Source: Botryllus schlosseri (Eukaryota). From it: a DNA stretch of 64,000 nt. Made by a program: the position numbers and the translations under genes. The notes under the pieces were generated by a model. The model was given only the letters and a program-made list of their open reading frames with translations. It was not told the DNA's origin and did not search any database. Location: positions 29,638,001 to 29,702,000 of the forward strand of contig CM119371.1 in the NCBI GenBank assembly GCA_051294905.1. Direction: 5' to 3'. Positions 24,901 through 34,694 of this stretch are shown here, piece after piece (the stretch's first letter is position 1; each line of letters begins with the position of its first letter).

Positions 24901-26262
24901 GGTGGAAGGATTTGAAGGTGCAAATGCCTATACTTGGCAATGCATATGCAACGCACGTTCCATGAAGTTTCTACCAATAGTAAGCTTATTTAGGAGAAAA
25001 ATCCGCATGATTTACTTACGAAACCAGAAGATAAAATATTAAGGCAAATAACAGCAACTGCAAACTTACGAACGTTGTCCATGAATGCTTTCGAATGCAT
25101 AAACAGGTAATAAGCGCCCCTATACGACTGGTACACACATTAAATTTAATAGAAGACTACGATTACTTGGTAATAATATTGTGCGGCCCGCAGCACTTTT
25201 TGATGGTAAAATGCGGTCCGTTATACATAGGAAGTTGAGAACCCCTGTTTTACCGAAACTTTATCTTAGCGTCATCTGGTCAATGAACCGTAATCCTCAC
25301 CGATGTTCCGAGAATATGCTGGTTGTCGCTGCGGTAATCATCATCACAATAGAAATACGTGCAATTGCAATCGGCTGTACATGGTAATTCAGTGCAATCC
25401 TAAAATGTAAGCTGAAGTCGATCGAAATAGTAGAATGCAACAAGAGGGTTGAAATAACTATATTCAAATTTACATAGCAATCGAATAGACTTTTATTGCA
25501 TTACCTAAGACAACAGATCCATGATTTCAGACGCAAAGCATCCGATGGTGACGATCATCATCAGAGGGTTATATTTCACGCTCCACAATTATGCAATATA
25601 TACTATACTTACAGACATGAGTCTCGGTACAGAATGTCGAAGAAGATATTTCATTATATATTTCGTGTCTACTATATTTACCTGATTTTTGCATTGTTTA
25701 ATCATCGACTGGTCCTGATATGTTACATTGTTACAGATGTGCCTGTATAGTGATATCACATTTTGATTAACTTCAGAACGGAGTGAAGATGAAGAAATGA
25801 AACTGCCATTGTTGCAATGTTTAACTCATTGTTACTGATATTACATTATCTTCGAGTGGTGGAAAATGATAAGCCAACGAATCGTTCATATGTTACACAA
25901 TGATATAACACTTTATGTAAGATTGCGAAACCAACGACTGTCGGACTTATATCTTATGTTACTAAAATATACCTGTAAGGTAAAAATGCTTTCATATGTT
26001 TTTTCTATTTCGTTTTATGTCAGAGTGGGAGGTGACGCTTACGAAGAACATTTAAGGAGTGTAAAGTAGAATGATTAAGAACTACTAAAAATAGATACAT
26101 CTGTCGTTCACTTATAAATATGATATCATGATTATCGTCCATCTCAGTAAGCAGAATAATTTCACTACTTACTTGATGTCGGAGGTGAGCCAGTCATACG
26201 AGATTCGTACTGCAGTACATGTGGTCCATCGACGAGAAGAATTAAAACTCAATGTCGCATAC
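844..26262 (-). CDS. Multi-exon LDLa-module class A GPCR (LGR/RXFP/GRL101-like 7TM), partial: join(26173-26262,25682-25742,25301-25399,20750-20879,16043-16191,15798-15979,11962-12087,2111-2221,1824-2045,844-998)
   Basis: Ten exons with GT-AG ends and matching phases give one open frame: Cys-rich region, LDLa (FYC..VCDGYHDCLSGADEC), TM1 (VVALVWILSIIAIIG), TM2 (LSLSISDLLVGIY), ECL1/TM3 (KWRTSTTCSILG..SEQSVFTMVLITIHRL..PF), TM4 (ISWIMSIMLGCIP), ECL2 (YSTHTVCLP), TM5 (INFLAFFFMLVCY), TM6 (IIVSDFLCWMPVCIMG). TM7 not found in 1-843. Confidence 0.9.
1824..2045 (-). CDS. GPCR exon: distal ECL2-TM5
   Basis: STEWSKLRGLMSQINPSNPIKPEYEFGFYSTHTVCLPTLFPDQDDVSWMYSFVLLLINFLAFFFMLVCYVALYR; phase 2/2 GT-AG. 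Confidence 0.92.
2111..2221 (-). CDS. GPCR exon: ECL2 insertion
   Basis: FNDTLMFKTKVNQTEKKHLINWLRLMNNGTAQDDVDT; acceptor tttcatAG, donor GTaatc; the 65-bp intron removes an in-frame TAA; phase 2/2. Confidence 0.8.
3960..6315. mobile_element. TIR element E with 8-bp TSD, nested in D
   Basis: TIR CAGTGGCGGCTCGT / ACGAGCCGCCACTG; TSD CTATTTTG (3952-3959, 6316-6323). Confidence 0.88.
4940..5880 (+). repeat. Degenerate ~185-290-bp tandem array inside element E
   Basis: Recurrent core ccgatctcggtatggaacatcgtcaaaatcaa..gacc..accggcttttg at about 4945, 5233, 5455, 5640 and 5850. Confidence 0.7.
7140..7462 (+). repeat. Tandem duplication of about 160 bp
   Basis: Two copies of ttttrcgctttaatcgygctcgaggacc..gtacggtctcataccctrtgattcgaaccatc..gaattcacatc. 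Confidence 0.8.
8219..9471 (+). mobile_element. hAT element family C with decayed transposase C-terminus, inserted in the right TIR of B
   Basis: TIR TAGAGCCCGACCGAT; TSD TTAAGAAC; ATCGG subterminal motifs; 9100-9230 reads VPSERL..FST..DHRSALLGERAEKLCFVNCNL (hAT dimerisation domain, frameshifted). Confidence 0.88.
10189..11150 (-). mobile_element. Truncated inverted copy of family B
   Basis: Starts CAGTGGTCCTTAAAC; reverse-complement similarity to about 7480-8210. Confidence 0.65.
11400..11590 (-). mobile_element. Possible decayed tRNA-derived SINE
   Basis: Minus strand has a B-box-like GGATTCGGTCCC after a tRNA-like head; degenerate. Confidence 0.3.
11962..12087 (-). CDS. GPCR exon: ICL2-TM4
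   Basis: PFSTPNIKRAMIAIAISWIMSIMLGCIPVISSVEDYFLKYIS; donor GTaagt; phase 2/2. Confidence 0.92.
12167..12335 (+). mobile_element. One end of a hAT MITE with GGAGTC/GACTCC arrays
   Basis: CAGGGCTGCGGAGTCGGAGTC start; partner end not found. Confidence 0.65.
13442..13579 (+). pseudogene. hAT transposase C-terminal remnant
   Basis: QLQCCLPTTAAVELSFSILGKLLSKAGHFLHRNVRNHLSLYYNRF* resembles the PTSxxVERSFS dimerisation motif. Confidence 0.7.
14400..15030 (+). pseudogene. Decayed DNA transposase, Chapaev3-type (CMC)
   Basis: 14907-15020 reads PNMGDVSGEHGEVFQQDIMIWE*..RY*GK, resembling the GxVSxExGERFHQDI..RYQG..M..YCW motif; superfamily assignment from memory. Confidence 0.55.
15798..15979 (-). CDS. 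GPCR exon: end of TM2, ECL1, TM3
   Basis: IYTISICIKAIEVEGIYCNVDIKWRTSTTCSILGALLVIGSEQSVFTMVLITIHRLQTVMR; WxxSxxC motif; phase 0/2. Confidence 0.93.
16043..16191 (-). CDS. GPCR exon: TM1-ICL1-TM2
   Basis: IIAIIGCTTVAGLTSHDIVYSVSRGFDRSHSNVNKLLILSLSISDLLVG; acceptor ttttacAG; 63-bp intron to the next exon; phase 1/0. Confidence 0.92.
17827..19029 (+). mobile_element. Family G element nested in F
   Basis: Ends CAGGGCCGAAAC..GGGGTGCGGCAGTCATGGACCCG; TSD GACAGAAT/GTAAGAAT (6/8); homologous to 50010-51153. Confidence 0.7.
18419..18826. mobile_element. Small hAT MITE (TTTAAA/AAACA motifs) nested in G
   Basis: TAGGGTTGCA / TGCATGCCTA ends; TSD CTATAAAT on both sides. Confidence 0.8.
20750..20879 (-). 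CDS. GPCR exon: C-terminal half of LDLa module, hinge, start of TM1
   Basis: VCDGYHDCLSGADECQPGCIVSAFSDETSLIRYTGVVALVWIL; LDLa CDGxxDCxxGxDE signature; donor GTaagt; phase 0/1. Confidence 0.93.
21058..21589 (-). mobile_element. Buster/Charlie-type hAT deletion derivative, family I
   Basis: TIR CAGGGGCGGGCAAC; TSD TTCTACGC/TTCTACGT; minus strand reads FSNLRKM..LFGSTCICKQTLS (GTF2IRD2/SPIN-like C-terminus). Confidence 0.82.
22434..24248. mobile_element. hAT MITE family J (AACTAG arrays) nested in the SPIN-like element
   Basis: TIR YAGWCTTGTACAAACTA; TSD TGCTAATA (22426-22433, 24249-24256). Confidence 0.88.
23913..23940 (+). repeat. (CAGTG)n microsatellite
   Basis: About five tandem pentamer units. 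Confidence 0.9.
25301..25399 (-). CDS. GPCR exon: Cys-rich segment and N-terminal half of LDLa
   Basis: DCTELPCTADCNCTYFYCDDDYRSDNQHILGTS; cattttAG / GTgagg; phase 0/0. Confidence 0.85.
25682..25742 (-). CDS. GPCR ectodomain exon
   Basis: HICNNVTYQDQSMIKQCKNQ; tatacAG / GTaaat; phase 2/0 bridges both neighbours. Confidence 0.7.
26173..26262 (-). CDS. GPCR ectodomain exon
   Basis: YATLSFNSSRRWTTCTAVRISYDWLTSDIK; ttttgcaacAG / GTaagt; phase 2/2. Confidence 0.65.
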
Positions 26263-27654
26263 CTGTTGCAAAATGTAGATTTCTTTATATCAGGGGTCGG
26301 GAGCCTTTTTTGTCCGAAGAGCCATATTCGCCCTATTTTTTTCAATTTCAACTCCTAAAGAGCCATAAGCCAATCAACTGTTACGTCACATTTAGAAATT
26401 CGCGACGTCACGGTAGCACTAATTCGAACTCACCCCATGGTATTCCTTGTGACCGCCGCATAATCTCTGTAAAAACTGGTATTTATTGTTCGAAAATATA
26501 GCTCGAAACGAGATGTATAGGCAGAGATGCGTCAAGTCTCATCACTGATAACGCAATTAATTGTAAGTAGTTCAGGATTTGTTATTACTGATTGACTGTC
26601 ACACTCATTCCGAAAATCTATATACTTATCGACTTCTCAATTCGGCGGTAATATAACGTTGCGCTGCACGTATACTTTTCATCGCAGGTATAATACAGAG
26701 CTACTTACCAATCATGAACGTGGATAGCTATGGCGTTATTTGTACTTCGAGTTTGTAATTGTGAATGCCACGTGAATGCCACCCGTTCATTTAGCACAGG
26801 GGTGGGCAAACTGCGGCCCGCGAAAGGCTCAAGAAACGTATTAAAAATATTGGTACAATGCGTACTAAAAATAGAATTACCGCAGGGACTTGGTTTAACT
26901 TTTTATTATTATATTTCACCACGATAATTATACGGTATATTCTCAGTTTAGTATATTTCATGGGTCGGCAACCCCCGACACGCGTGCCATTGTGGAACGC
27001 GAGATGATTTTTCATGGCACGCCAAATGATTTGACGCACACGATATATTAAAACAAGGGCTCTTAAAGTATGGGTCGCGACCAATGCAATGGATTGCTGA
27101 GGGTATAATTTGGGGTCACGATTGCACAAGAGGGACCTTTCAATATGTATGTGACATTTGTTTAATTACTTACAACAAAAACGTATTCGCGCTCCGCGCG
27201 ATTTGCTGTTGTGAGTTTGTGGATATATATAGGTTGGGCCCAATAAGCGAAACACGTGGAGAAGTCGTTACAACACTTGACCATGAAAATGCGCCGACTA
27301 TATACGCTAGATCAGGGGCGGGCAACTTCTCCCGTCGGCGGGCCGGATATGGGAAAAGGAAGCACTTGGCGGGCCGGATTGCAGAATATAAACAATATAC
27401 GTTAATCGCGTATTGATCCACGTATACAAGAATCAATTGTATTTAATGTAAACTTTACGTTTGAAGCATAGAGACCAAAAACAGTATTTTATGAATTTAT
27501 TTACATCAGAAGTCAATCAGACACCTGTGGTCGTTCAATATTGTCAACTAGTTTTTTGAACTCTGGTTGCATGTCGTATGCGGAAACCTTCGGTAAATAC
27601 TGCATGCGAACATCAGTTATATTGGAACTCAGCCTTCCTCGTTAATGTTCGTGG

Positions 27655-28490
27655 CAGTGTTGGGATCAAGTCACTACCTTCGAGTCACAAGTCATCTCGA
27701 GTCATTCCACATTTTGACTCGAGTCAAGTCAAGTCACTGGATTTTGGAGGTGACTCGAGTCAAGTCAAGTCACGAGTCAAGTCACTCGATATTTGGAGGT
27801 GACTCGAGTCAATTCGAGTCAAAGTCAAGTCAAGTCACGAGTCAAGTCAAGTTGAAATTTCGAAGTACCAGACATGATTCAAAGTCATTATATTTTGCTA
27901 ACTGTTTTAAATACAGATGAAGTACCCATTGATTCTGAATCGATGAACGATTAAAGAGTTGATAATGCGCGCGAAAGGCGTTGTATCGCTCACGCATACG
28001 TAGATCTGCTCAACTACGCCAGTATAGCGGTATAGCCTCAGTCTATCAGCCAAAATACAGGATAACATACCAAACCTCAGAAAGTTTAAAAATGATATGG
28101 TTCAATATCGTACCCATCTACATATCCATGATATACAATTATAAACGTATGACCGATATTCGTTTGATTTAAATTATATACAAGAGGGTTGGTTGAGGTG
28201 AGCAAGTTTACGAGAAAGTAAGCGGTTGTATAAGCTCTGATCACTGCGTTTGCGATCAATTTATTTGTGATATATCAATGGAGGTTCGGTAAGACGCACA
28301 ATCATTGATTCATTGGTTGGCAATCCGAACTTATACAAGATACAACGATTTAGCCGACATCGATTACTTGAAGACTTGAAATTGACTCGTAAATTTTGCT
28401 TCTAGTCACGAGTCAAACTGCATTTCTGAAGCGTCGAGTCAAGTCAAGTCAAGTCATTTTCCCAAGGTGGCTCGAGTCATTCCAACATTG
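27655..28490 (+). mobile_element. MITE family D copy
   Basis: CAGTGTTGGGATCAAGTCA start; AGTCA arrays; TSD GTTCGTGG/GTTCATGG. Confidence 0.88.
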
Positions 28491-28572
28491 GTTCATGGTC
28501 GAAAATGTATGTAGACCCCAACAAAGCAAGTAGTTTAATGTCCATCTTTCTCAGGTTGGCAAACTTGGACTC

Positions 28573-28830
28573 TGTTATGTTCTTGATCTTGTTCGAACAA
28601 TAACTCAATACGACGAGGTTGCAATATGAAATCAGTATATATTAACAGCAGAATAACTTTAAGACAGGCAACACGATCCAGAGTTCAGTTAAATGGAAGA
28701 CCACGAGACAACAGAACACAGGGTGTAAATGCAAGCACGACACACGAGGAAATAATGATTGGCTGTAATTACTAATCCTATAGAAAGAAAGAGTTGTACG
28801 ACACTAAAACGTAAATGCACGAACATAACA
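28573..28830 (-). repeat. 3' LTR
   Basis: TGTTATGTTC..GAACATAACA; three substitutions versus 38678-38935; adjacent PPT AGGGGAGGAC (minus strand, 28831-28840). Confidence 0.97.
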
Positions 28831-28864
28831 GTCCTCCCCTGTAAGTTGAGAGGGTTGCCCGAAT

Positions 28865-30037
28865 TTACGTAGGTCTGTAGAAATCGGTTGGCTTTCTGTT
28901 CCTAAGAGGATAACGTCTACCTGACGTACGGGCAGGACTAGCTGCGGGACCTTGTGCCCTGTTCCTAACCAATGGTTGCTCATCTTGTGACTGTTGAGGC
29001 TGAGCAACTTCCTGTGTGGCTGTATTATTGCCAGCTGAAATCAAGCGTGGTTGGAGTTGGTTCTTGCGCCTTCTCCAATACCCATGATCTGTTTTTATAA
29101 TGTACACAACACGCCCCAGTATTTCCGTCACCACGCCAGCAACCCACTTTGGTCCGCTTCGGTAACTGCGAGCGTAAACCGAGGAACCAATCTCGAAATG
29201 AGTGACTGATTGTCTAGGCGTAACAGGTTTCGATTTATCGAAGGGCGAGCACAAACTTAACAAACTGCGCGGCTGTCGACCATGTAAAATCTCGGCAAGC
29301 GTTTTCCAGTCTATGCCCGGGTGCGGTGCACATCGGTACGTAGCGAGAAGTGTTTGGAGCGCGAAGTTGAGATCTTTTCCCCCGTCGCAATTTTTTATTA
29401 ATCCAGCTTTTAAAGTCTGGACGAAACACTCCGCTTCCCCGTTCGAGGCAGGGTGAAAAGACGGTGATACGACATGGTTGATTGCCGAATTAGAGCAAAA
29501 CGTATCGAATTCATTCGATGTGAATTGCGGCCCGCCTTCCGTAACAATTGTTATGGGCAAGCCTTCGATAGAGAAGACTTCCCTCAAAGCGTTGACCACA
29601 CACAAGGTTGTGGTAGAACCGACATTCATTACTTTAACGAAAGGATACTTTGAATGCGCATCGACGATGACAAGAAACATTTTATTGTTCATTGGACCTG
29701 CGAAATCCAAGTGAAGTCGTTCAAAGCTTTCAGAAGTTTTTGGCCATTCGCGATACTGACGATCAGGCGCTTTCATTACCTTACGGCAAGCGTCGCAACT
29801 CTTCACGATATTTTCAATGTCGCGATTAATGGAAGGCCATGCGATGTAACGTCGAGTCATCTGCTTCATTTTCGCGATACCCCAATGTCCTTCGTGCAAC
29901 AATGATAAGACTCGCGAGCGAAGTGACTGCGGAATTACTACGCGAGGAAAACCATCAATATTGAACATGACTATGTCTTCGTGCAGAGAAAGCGAATGTT
30001 TGCGAGTCGAAAACCAAGAAAAATCATCAATGTTCAC
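28865..30037 (-). CDS. pol: Retrotransposon integrase part of pol
   Basis: HHCC (HEGHWG..CDAC), LHLDFAGP, IVTEGGPQF (expected D is E), HPASNGEAE; in frame with the RT ORF across the TAG at 30047. Confidence 0.9.
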   Translation of the reverse strand: MNIDDFSWFSTRKHSLSLHEDIVMFNIDGFPRVVIPQSLRSRVLSLLHEGHWGIAKMKQMTRRYIAWPSINRDIENIVKSCDACRKVMKAPDRQYREWPKTSESFERLHLDFAGPMNNKMFLVIVDAHSKYPFVKVMNVGSTTTLCVVNALREVFSIEGLPITIVTEGGPQFTSNEFDTFCSNSAINHVVSPSFHPASNGEAECFVQTLKAGLIKNCDGGKDLNFALQTLLATYRCAPHPGIDWKTLAEILHGRQPRSLLSLCSPFDKSKPVTPRQSVTHFEIGSSVYARSYRSGPKWVAGVVTEILGRVVYIIKTDHGYWRRRKNQLQPRLISAGNNTATQEVAQPQQSQDEQPLVRNRAQGPAASPARTSGRRYPLRNRKPTDFYRPT

Positions 30038-30046
30038 CTTTGGATT

Positions 30047-31741
30047 CTAATTACCATGAGTGACAGATAATTTTACTAGTTTCATGGTTTTGTCCTTCAG
30101 CGTCGCGTCGCGAATTTCATTGCGAGTTAACGGTAAGCCATCGAATGCCATATTCATAGCGTGAACGATCTCCGCGTTTTCACGAATTTCCAGTTCGTCA
30201 AACTCAGGGTCTGGACCCTTTGGTAGGCGAGATAAACCGTCGGCATTTCCGTGCTGACTAGTCGGTTTATAGCGAATATCGTATTGGTAAGCCATGGGCG
30301 TTAGTGCCCATCGCTGTAAGCGTTGCGCTGTAATCACGGGAATTTTCTTGTCCGGCGAGAAAATAGCTAAAAGCGGTTTGTGGTCCGTCACGAGCGTAAC
30401 TTTTCTACCATACAAGAACTGACGAAATTTAGTGACTCCGTAAATGATTGACAGAGCTTCCTTCTCGAATTCAGAGTAGGATTTATGCGAATCGGAAAGC
30501 GTTTTCGACGCGTGCGCGATCGGTCTCTCTTCGCCATTGTGCTCGATTGAGAGGACAGCGCCGATTCGGAATTGAGAAGCATCCGTGGACAAAATGAGCT
30601 GCTTGTTTACATCATAATGAGCTAACTGCGTAGCGTCGATTACGTCGTTTTTGAGAAAGCGAAAAGCAGCGTCACAGTCCGTATTCCAAATGAATTTCGC
30701 GTCTTTTTGAAGAAGACGGTACAAGACAGCGGCTTTATTCGTGAAATTAGGAATAAACGCGCGATAATAATTTACTTTGCCCAGGAATGCCTGTAGTTGG
30801 CGAACATCCTGAGGTTTAGGCAACTGTTTGATTGCTTCAACGGATTTGTGAGACGGGCGTTTGCCGTCCTTGTCAATTATGTGACCAAGATACTCGATAC
30901 TACTTTTGAAAAATTCACATTTAGCGAAGTTGACGGTGAAACCGTATTCGGTGAGGCGCTCAAAGAGTAGCGATAAGTTGCGAAAATGATCGCGTTCATC
31001 AGTGCCAGAAACGATTATGTCATCGATAAAACTAGCAACACCGGGTAAGCCGGCGATCATGGCATCAATACAGCGTTGGAAATTTGCGGGACTATATGCG
31101 ACTCCGAAACACATGCGTCGATAACGGAGTAGACCAAATTGCGTGTTGATGACACACAAATTCTTCGCATCATCATCTAATTCTAGCTGAAAATAAGCAT
31201 CGGCAAGATCAATTTTCGTGAATATACAGCCACCCTGTAACTTGTGAAGAATTTCATCCAAGGAGGGCAGGGGATGTTGATCTATCTGAATTTGTTGATT
31301 CAATGCTTTGAAGTCACCACAAATGCGTACTGAACCATTTGATTTAGTGACGGCAACAATTGGTGCTGCCCAATTACTGTAATTGATTGGTTCGAGAATA
31401 CCTTGATTGACTAATCTAACCAATTCGGTTTGAACAGCGATTTGCCTTGCAAACGGCAAGGGACGTGGCTTGTTAAATACGGGCTTGGCATTAGGTTTCA
31501 AGTGAATTGTCACCCTTGTCTTGGTGCATCGTCCTAATACATTAGAGAAAACGGAGGGAAATTTGGACTGAAAAGATACCAATTTGTCGTTCGAATCAGA
31601 AATGTCAATAGTATTACATGATTGCGATTTTACCATCTGCGAGGAAATTGCATCCAAAGCAGACGTTCCCTTAGCGGTCATGGAGAAAGCATCGCTCCAA
31701 TCGAGACCAAAAATGTTTTGCCCACGGTGTTCATCCAGAAC
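30047..31741 (-). CDS. pol: Retrotransposon RT-RNase H part of pol
   Basis: WAAPIV, RICGDFK, KIDLADAYFQ, FIDD, YLGH, TDAS, EKEALSI, TDHKPL, NADGLSR. Confidence 0.93.
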   Translation of the reverse strand, partial: VLDEHRGQNIFGLDWSDAFSMTAKGTSALDAISSQMVKSQSCNTIDISDSNDKLVSFQSKFPSVFSNVLGRCTKTRVTIHLKPNAKPVFNKPRPLPFARQIAVQTELVRLVNQGILEPINYSNWAAPIVAVTKSNGSVRICGDFKALNQQIQIDQHPLPSLDEILHKLQGGCIFTKIDLADAYFQLELDDDAKNLCVINTQFGLLRYRRMCFGVAYSPANFQRCIDAMIAGLPGVASFIDDIIVSGTDERDHFRNLSLLFERLTEYGFTVNFAKCEFFKSSIEYLGHIIDKDGKRPSHKSVEAIKQLPKPQDVRQLQAFLGKVNYYRAFIPNFTNKAAVLYRLLQKDAKFIWNTDCDAAFRFLKNDVIDATQLAHYDVNKQLILSTDASQFRIGAVLSIEHNGEERPIAHASKTLSDSHKSYSEFEKEALSIIYGVTKFRQFLYGRKVTLVTDHKPLLAIFSPDKKIPVITAQRLQRWALTPMAYQYDIRYKPTSQHGNADGLSRLPKGPDPEFDELEIRENAEIVHAMNMAFDGLPLTRNEIRDATLKDKTMKLVKLSVTHGN

Positions 31742-34048
31742 CAGTGATGAGCACCGGAGCGGAGTCGGAGTGGAGTCGGAGCGGAGTTTTTACAATTTTG
31801 TGATACCCGGAGTGGAGTCGGAGTTTACAACAGATATTTTTCTGGAGTTTTACGGAGTATTGTTAGTTTTGCCCCCGATATCTTTCGATAGCTTTGACCA
31901 GAAGACACTATTGATTACAAACCAAAACACAGACAGTTGACACCTTGTAAAGTTGTAATATGAACGGTAACATGCAAAAATGATTGACAAGTGCATAAAA
32001 ATCAGCCATCTGCACTGCAATTGGGGACTGGAGAGTAACCTAGTGATCTAGCAAGGCATTTCCGCTGAGCAGTGTCTGTAGTTCACAAACTTGAAGACAC
32101 CCAATATCGTTCGCAGCGCATCATTTTCTCCCTGCAATGAGATGCAGTCTTTGAATCCACTGCTGAATGTCACCATATTATGAGATAAGATCTCCAGAAT
32201 CTTCCACGTTGCTGTCATTGCAGTCTTCTATAGTCACATCATATTCCTCCTTGCGTATTTGTTTCGTGACTAATGTTCATGCTACCCCAGTAATTGTGCG
32301 AAACATTTACAATCAGCAACATACAGCGGGGCTTCCCTATGGTACAGCCTTTGGCTACCATGATTCTTCCAGCAAGTTGATGATCATAACGGAATATATC
32401 CCATTATCCTGATGACATTCAATATAGTAATAGGTCCATTTTGTGAAAATGTATTCCCAACGTTGGTATCAGTTGAAACAAGATAATATCCGATACCACT
32501 TTTGTGATAACTTTTCGCAACTTTCATCGTAGTTGCAATTTGCAGTGAGAGATATCGATAATAAGTGTTACATCAATATAACCTTTATATCTGTGAGAAA
32601 TATACATACAACAAGCAAGTATCTGGATGGAAACAATAATAACTTATGCAATGTGTTACATGATTTAATGACATTGCGACGAATTTTCGCTAGTAAGATC
32701 CGCTCACAGAGGCATACCAGCATCTAAGCCCGCTTTAAAGATTTCAACAATACATAAATCACTAAGGTAAGCTGATCTTACCCTGTAAAAACAGAATATT
32801 CCGAATTTCTGAACAGCCACACTAAATAAAACTACAACCGTCTGCTTTGCTCTGCTCGCATCAACTCAACTACGCTTACTTCAATATTGATTGACGTAGT
32901 CAGTCATCCAGAACTCTTCTGAATTTTCGTCATGTAATGTTTGATTGAGAAATGACTTTGATGTGATATGAAAAATCAGCACCGCAATCAAGTTTCTGCT
33001 GCTGGTCTGTCTCAAACTCCAAATTCCAGATATCATGTATCAGCTTCAAAATTGGAAGTCACTAGTCATTTAGTCAACTTCAAGGAGCGTCGATCGGTGC
33101 GTCAGTGATGCATCATGTATGTTTAGTGCAGTTCCATCAACTGTTTCATGGCGATGCGGAACTTGATTTACTGAAACCTGTGATGTGATCGTCGATTTCA
33201 GTGGTGTTAGTGGTAGTTAGTTCGAACTGACTGGTCTTCCTTCGTCGTTTTAATATAATGGCTGAAGCACCGTCGACGTCAAGTGGGTTACTCACTAAGA
33301 CGCAGAAAAAGAGTGACGTGTAGAACTGTGGAAGGATTTCACTCTGATGCTGCATGATAATAACGGCCAGTATACTGGGTTTACGAGATGTCAAAATTGC
33401 AATGTTCAGCTAAAGCATCACAAGTTGACAAGTGGTACGTCGCATCTTCGAAGACATATCGAAGCTTGTAAGAAGAATTGATCGCAGTTGAAATGCAAGT
33501 AAGCGAGTAATCAAAGGAGAAGGTGATCATGGGGAACACTGATCGCCGGGTGGAGAATACCGAAGAAGTGCCGGTTTGCCGTGGTGTTGTGCAGAAGACG
33601 TTTTGCCATCCAGATTTACGGTGAAACGTAAGTTCGATGAGGAGGCTTCATCTTTGAAGCAGAAGCTGTCAGAGGAGCTAAGAGTTGCTATCAAGTGTTA
33701 TGGGCTGGCTGGCATCACCACAGATATGTGGACCGATCTAAAGGGTCGCAGTTCTATTAGCTTGACTGTCCATTTTGTTGGAGAGAACTTGACTCTCAGA
33801 AGTAATGTTGCGACTGTTCGGCAATTCACGGATACTAAAAAAACTGGTATGAATATCAGACAGGCTATCGAAAACATCGATTGGGATTCTTCGACAATGG
33901 TCTGAATATATTTCGGGGACTGGACAAGATTCTTCGGGTTATCTCGGAGTCTGGGATTGAGATCCCCGGAGTCGGAGGGACTTTGCCTCAGAGACCAAAG
34001 TTGTCGGAGGGACTCGGAGTCTCGAAAAGCAGACTCCGCTCATCACTG
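31742..34048 (+). mobile_element. hAT (Ac/hobo-like) internally deleted transposon inserted in the protease region
   Basis: TIR CAGTGATGAGC; perfect TSD TCCAGAAC; GGAGT arrays; BED-finger remnant (TSGTSHLRRH, ~33430) and TTDMWTD..ISLTVHF (33576-33905). Confidence 0.92.
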
Positions 34049-34694
34049 TCCAGAACTACCAATTTTAAGCCAACTCGAACTTCCGAACCCACCTGCACGG
34101 TTACAGTGCAAATACCTTTCACTTTCAGTGGCTTGTCGCCATACGCTACGAAAGAGCAATGGTATGCTGAGAGTTTCGGAGAGCCCAAAGTTTTGTACGC
34201 AGTCAATCCCACCATGGCGGAGGGTGCACCAGTGTCCCACTGTGTCGGCAACGGAATGCCGTTGATGCTGGAGTTGGTCCAGAGCTGGTTTCCTACGCGT
34301 CGATATAGTTGATCGATGTCGAAGGAGAGGAGTGGCACTGAGCAGAAATTGACGCATGTGACCTATTGCGTGATACTAGGTTTGGTAGACATGCACACAG
34401 GTTTGATATGAGCTTTACGACCACATTTCAGACATACTGAATGTCGATATTGACAGTCTTTTCTCTGGTGATCGATGAAACAGCGGCTGCAGGATTTCAG
34501 TCTTTCTGGGAAGTTGCCTTGGTTGGATTTGGAAGGTTTTTTCCCCTTCTGATAACTTACCGTCATTTGGTTGACGACGGAAGTGTCTTTACCGCTACTC
34601 TCGCCTTGGATAACCCTGTCAGTTTCCAGCGTTCTCACGTATGTTGCGGCTACTTTGAGAACGTCGTCAAGGGATGGATTGGTTTGTGTTAGAC
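34049..34694 (-). pseudogene. gag C-terminus (two Zn knuckles) and aspartic protease fragment
   Basis: CSRCFIDHQRKDC, CLKCGRKAHIKPVC, in-frame TAG at 34363, then QWDTGAPSAMV; rejoins DEHRGQNIFGLDW when 31742-34048 is removed. Confidence 0.9.

Larger units (their letters stand above)
21955..25247 (+). mobile_element. Decayed SPIN/Buster-like hAT transposon with transposase pseudogene
   Basis: TIR CAGRGGTTCTCAAC; FAEINGKPMCLICR (~22285), YFS/LASDESIDSTYIA*L (~24570), SYHCILRE (~24800); imperfect TSD TTTTAGCC/TTTTACCG. Confidence 0.8.

Noticed and set aside
26240..26262. Alternative frame VCDIEF* suggesting a broken LDLa exon
   Set aside because: The phase-2 frame is open and joins the next exon, so no pseudogene is needed.
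29202..29905. Several plus-strand ORFs
   Set aside because: Antisense shadows of the integrase.
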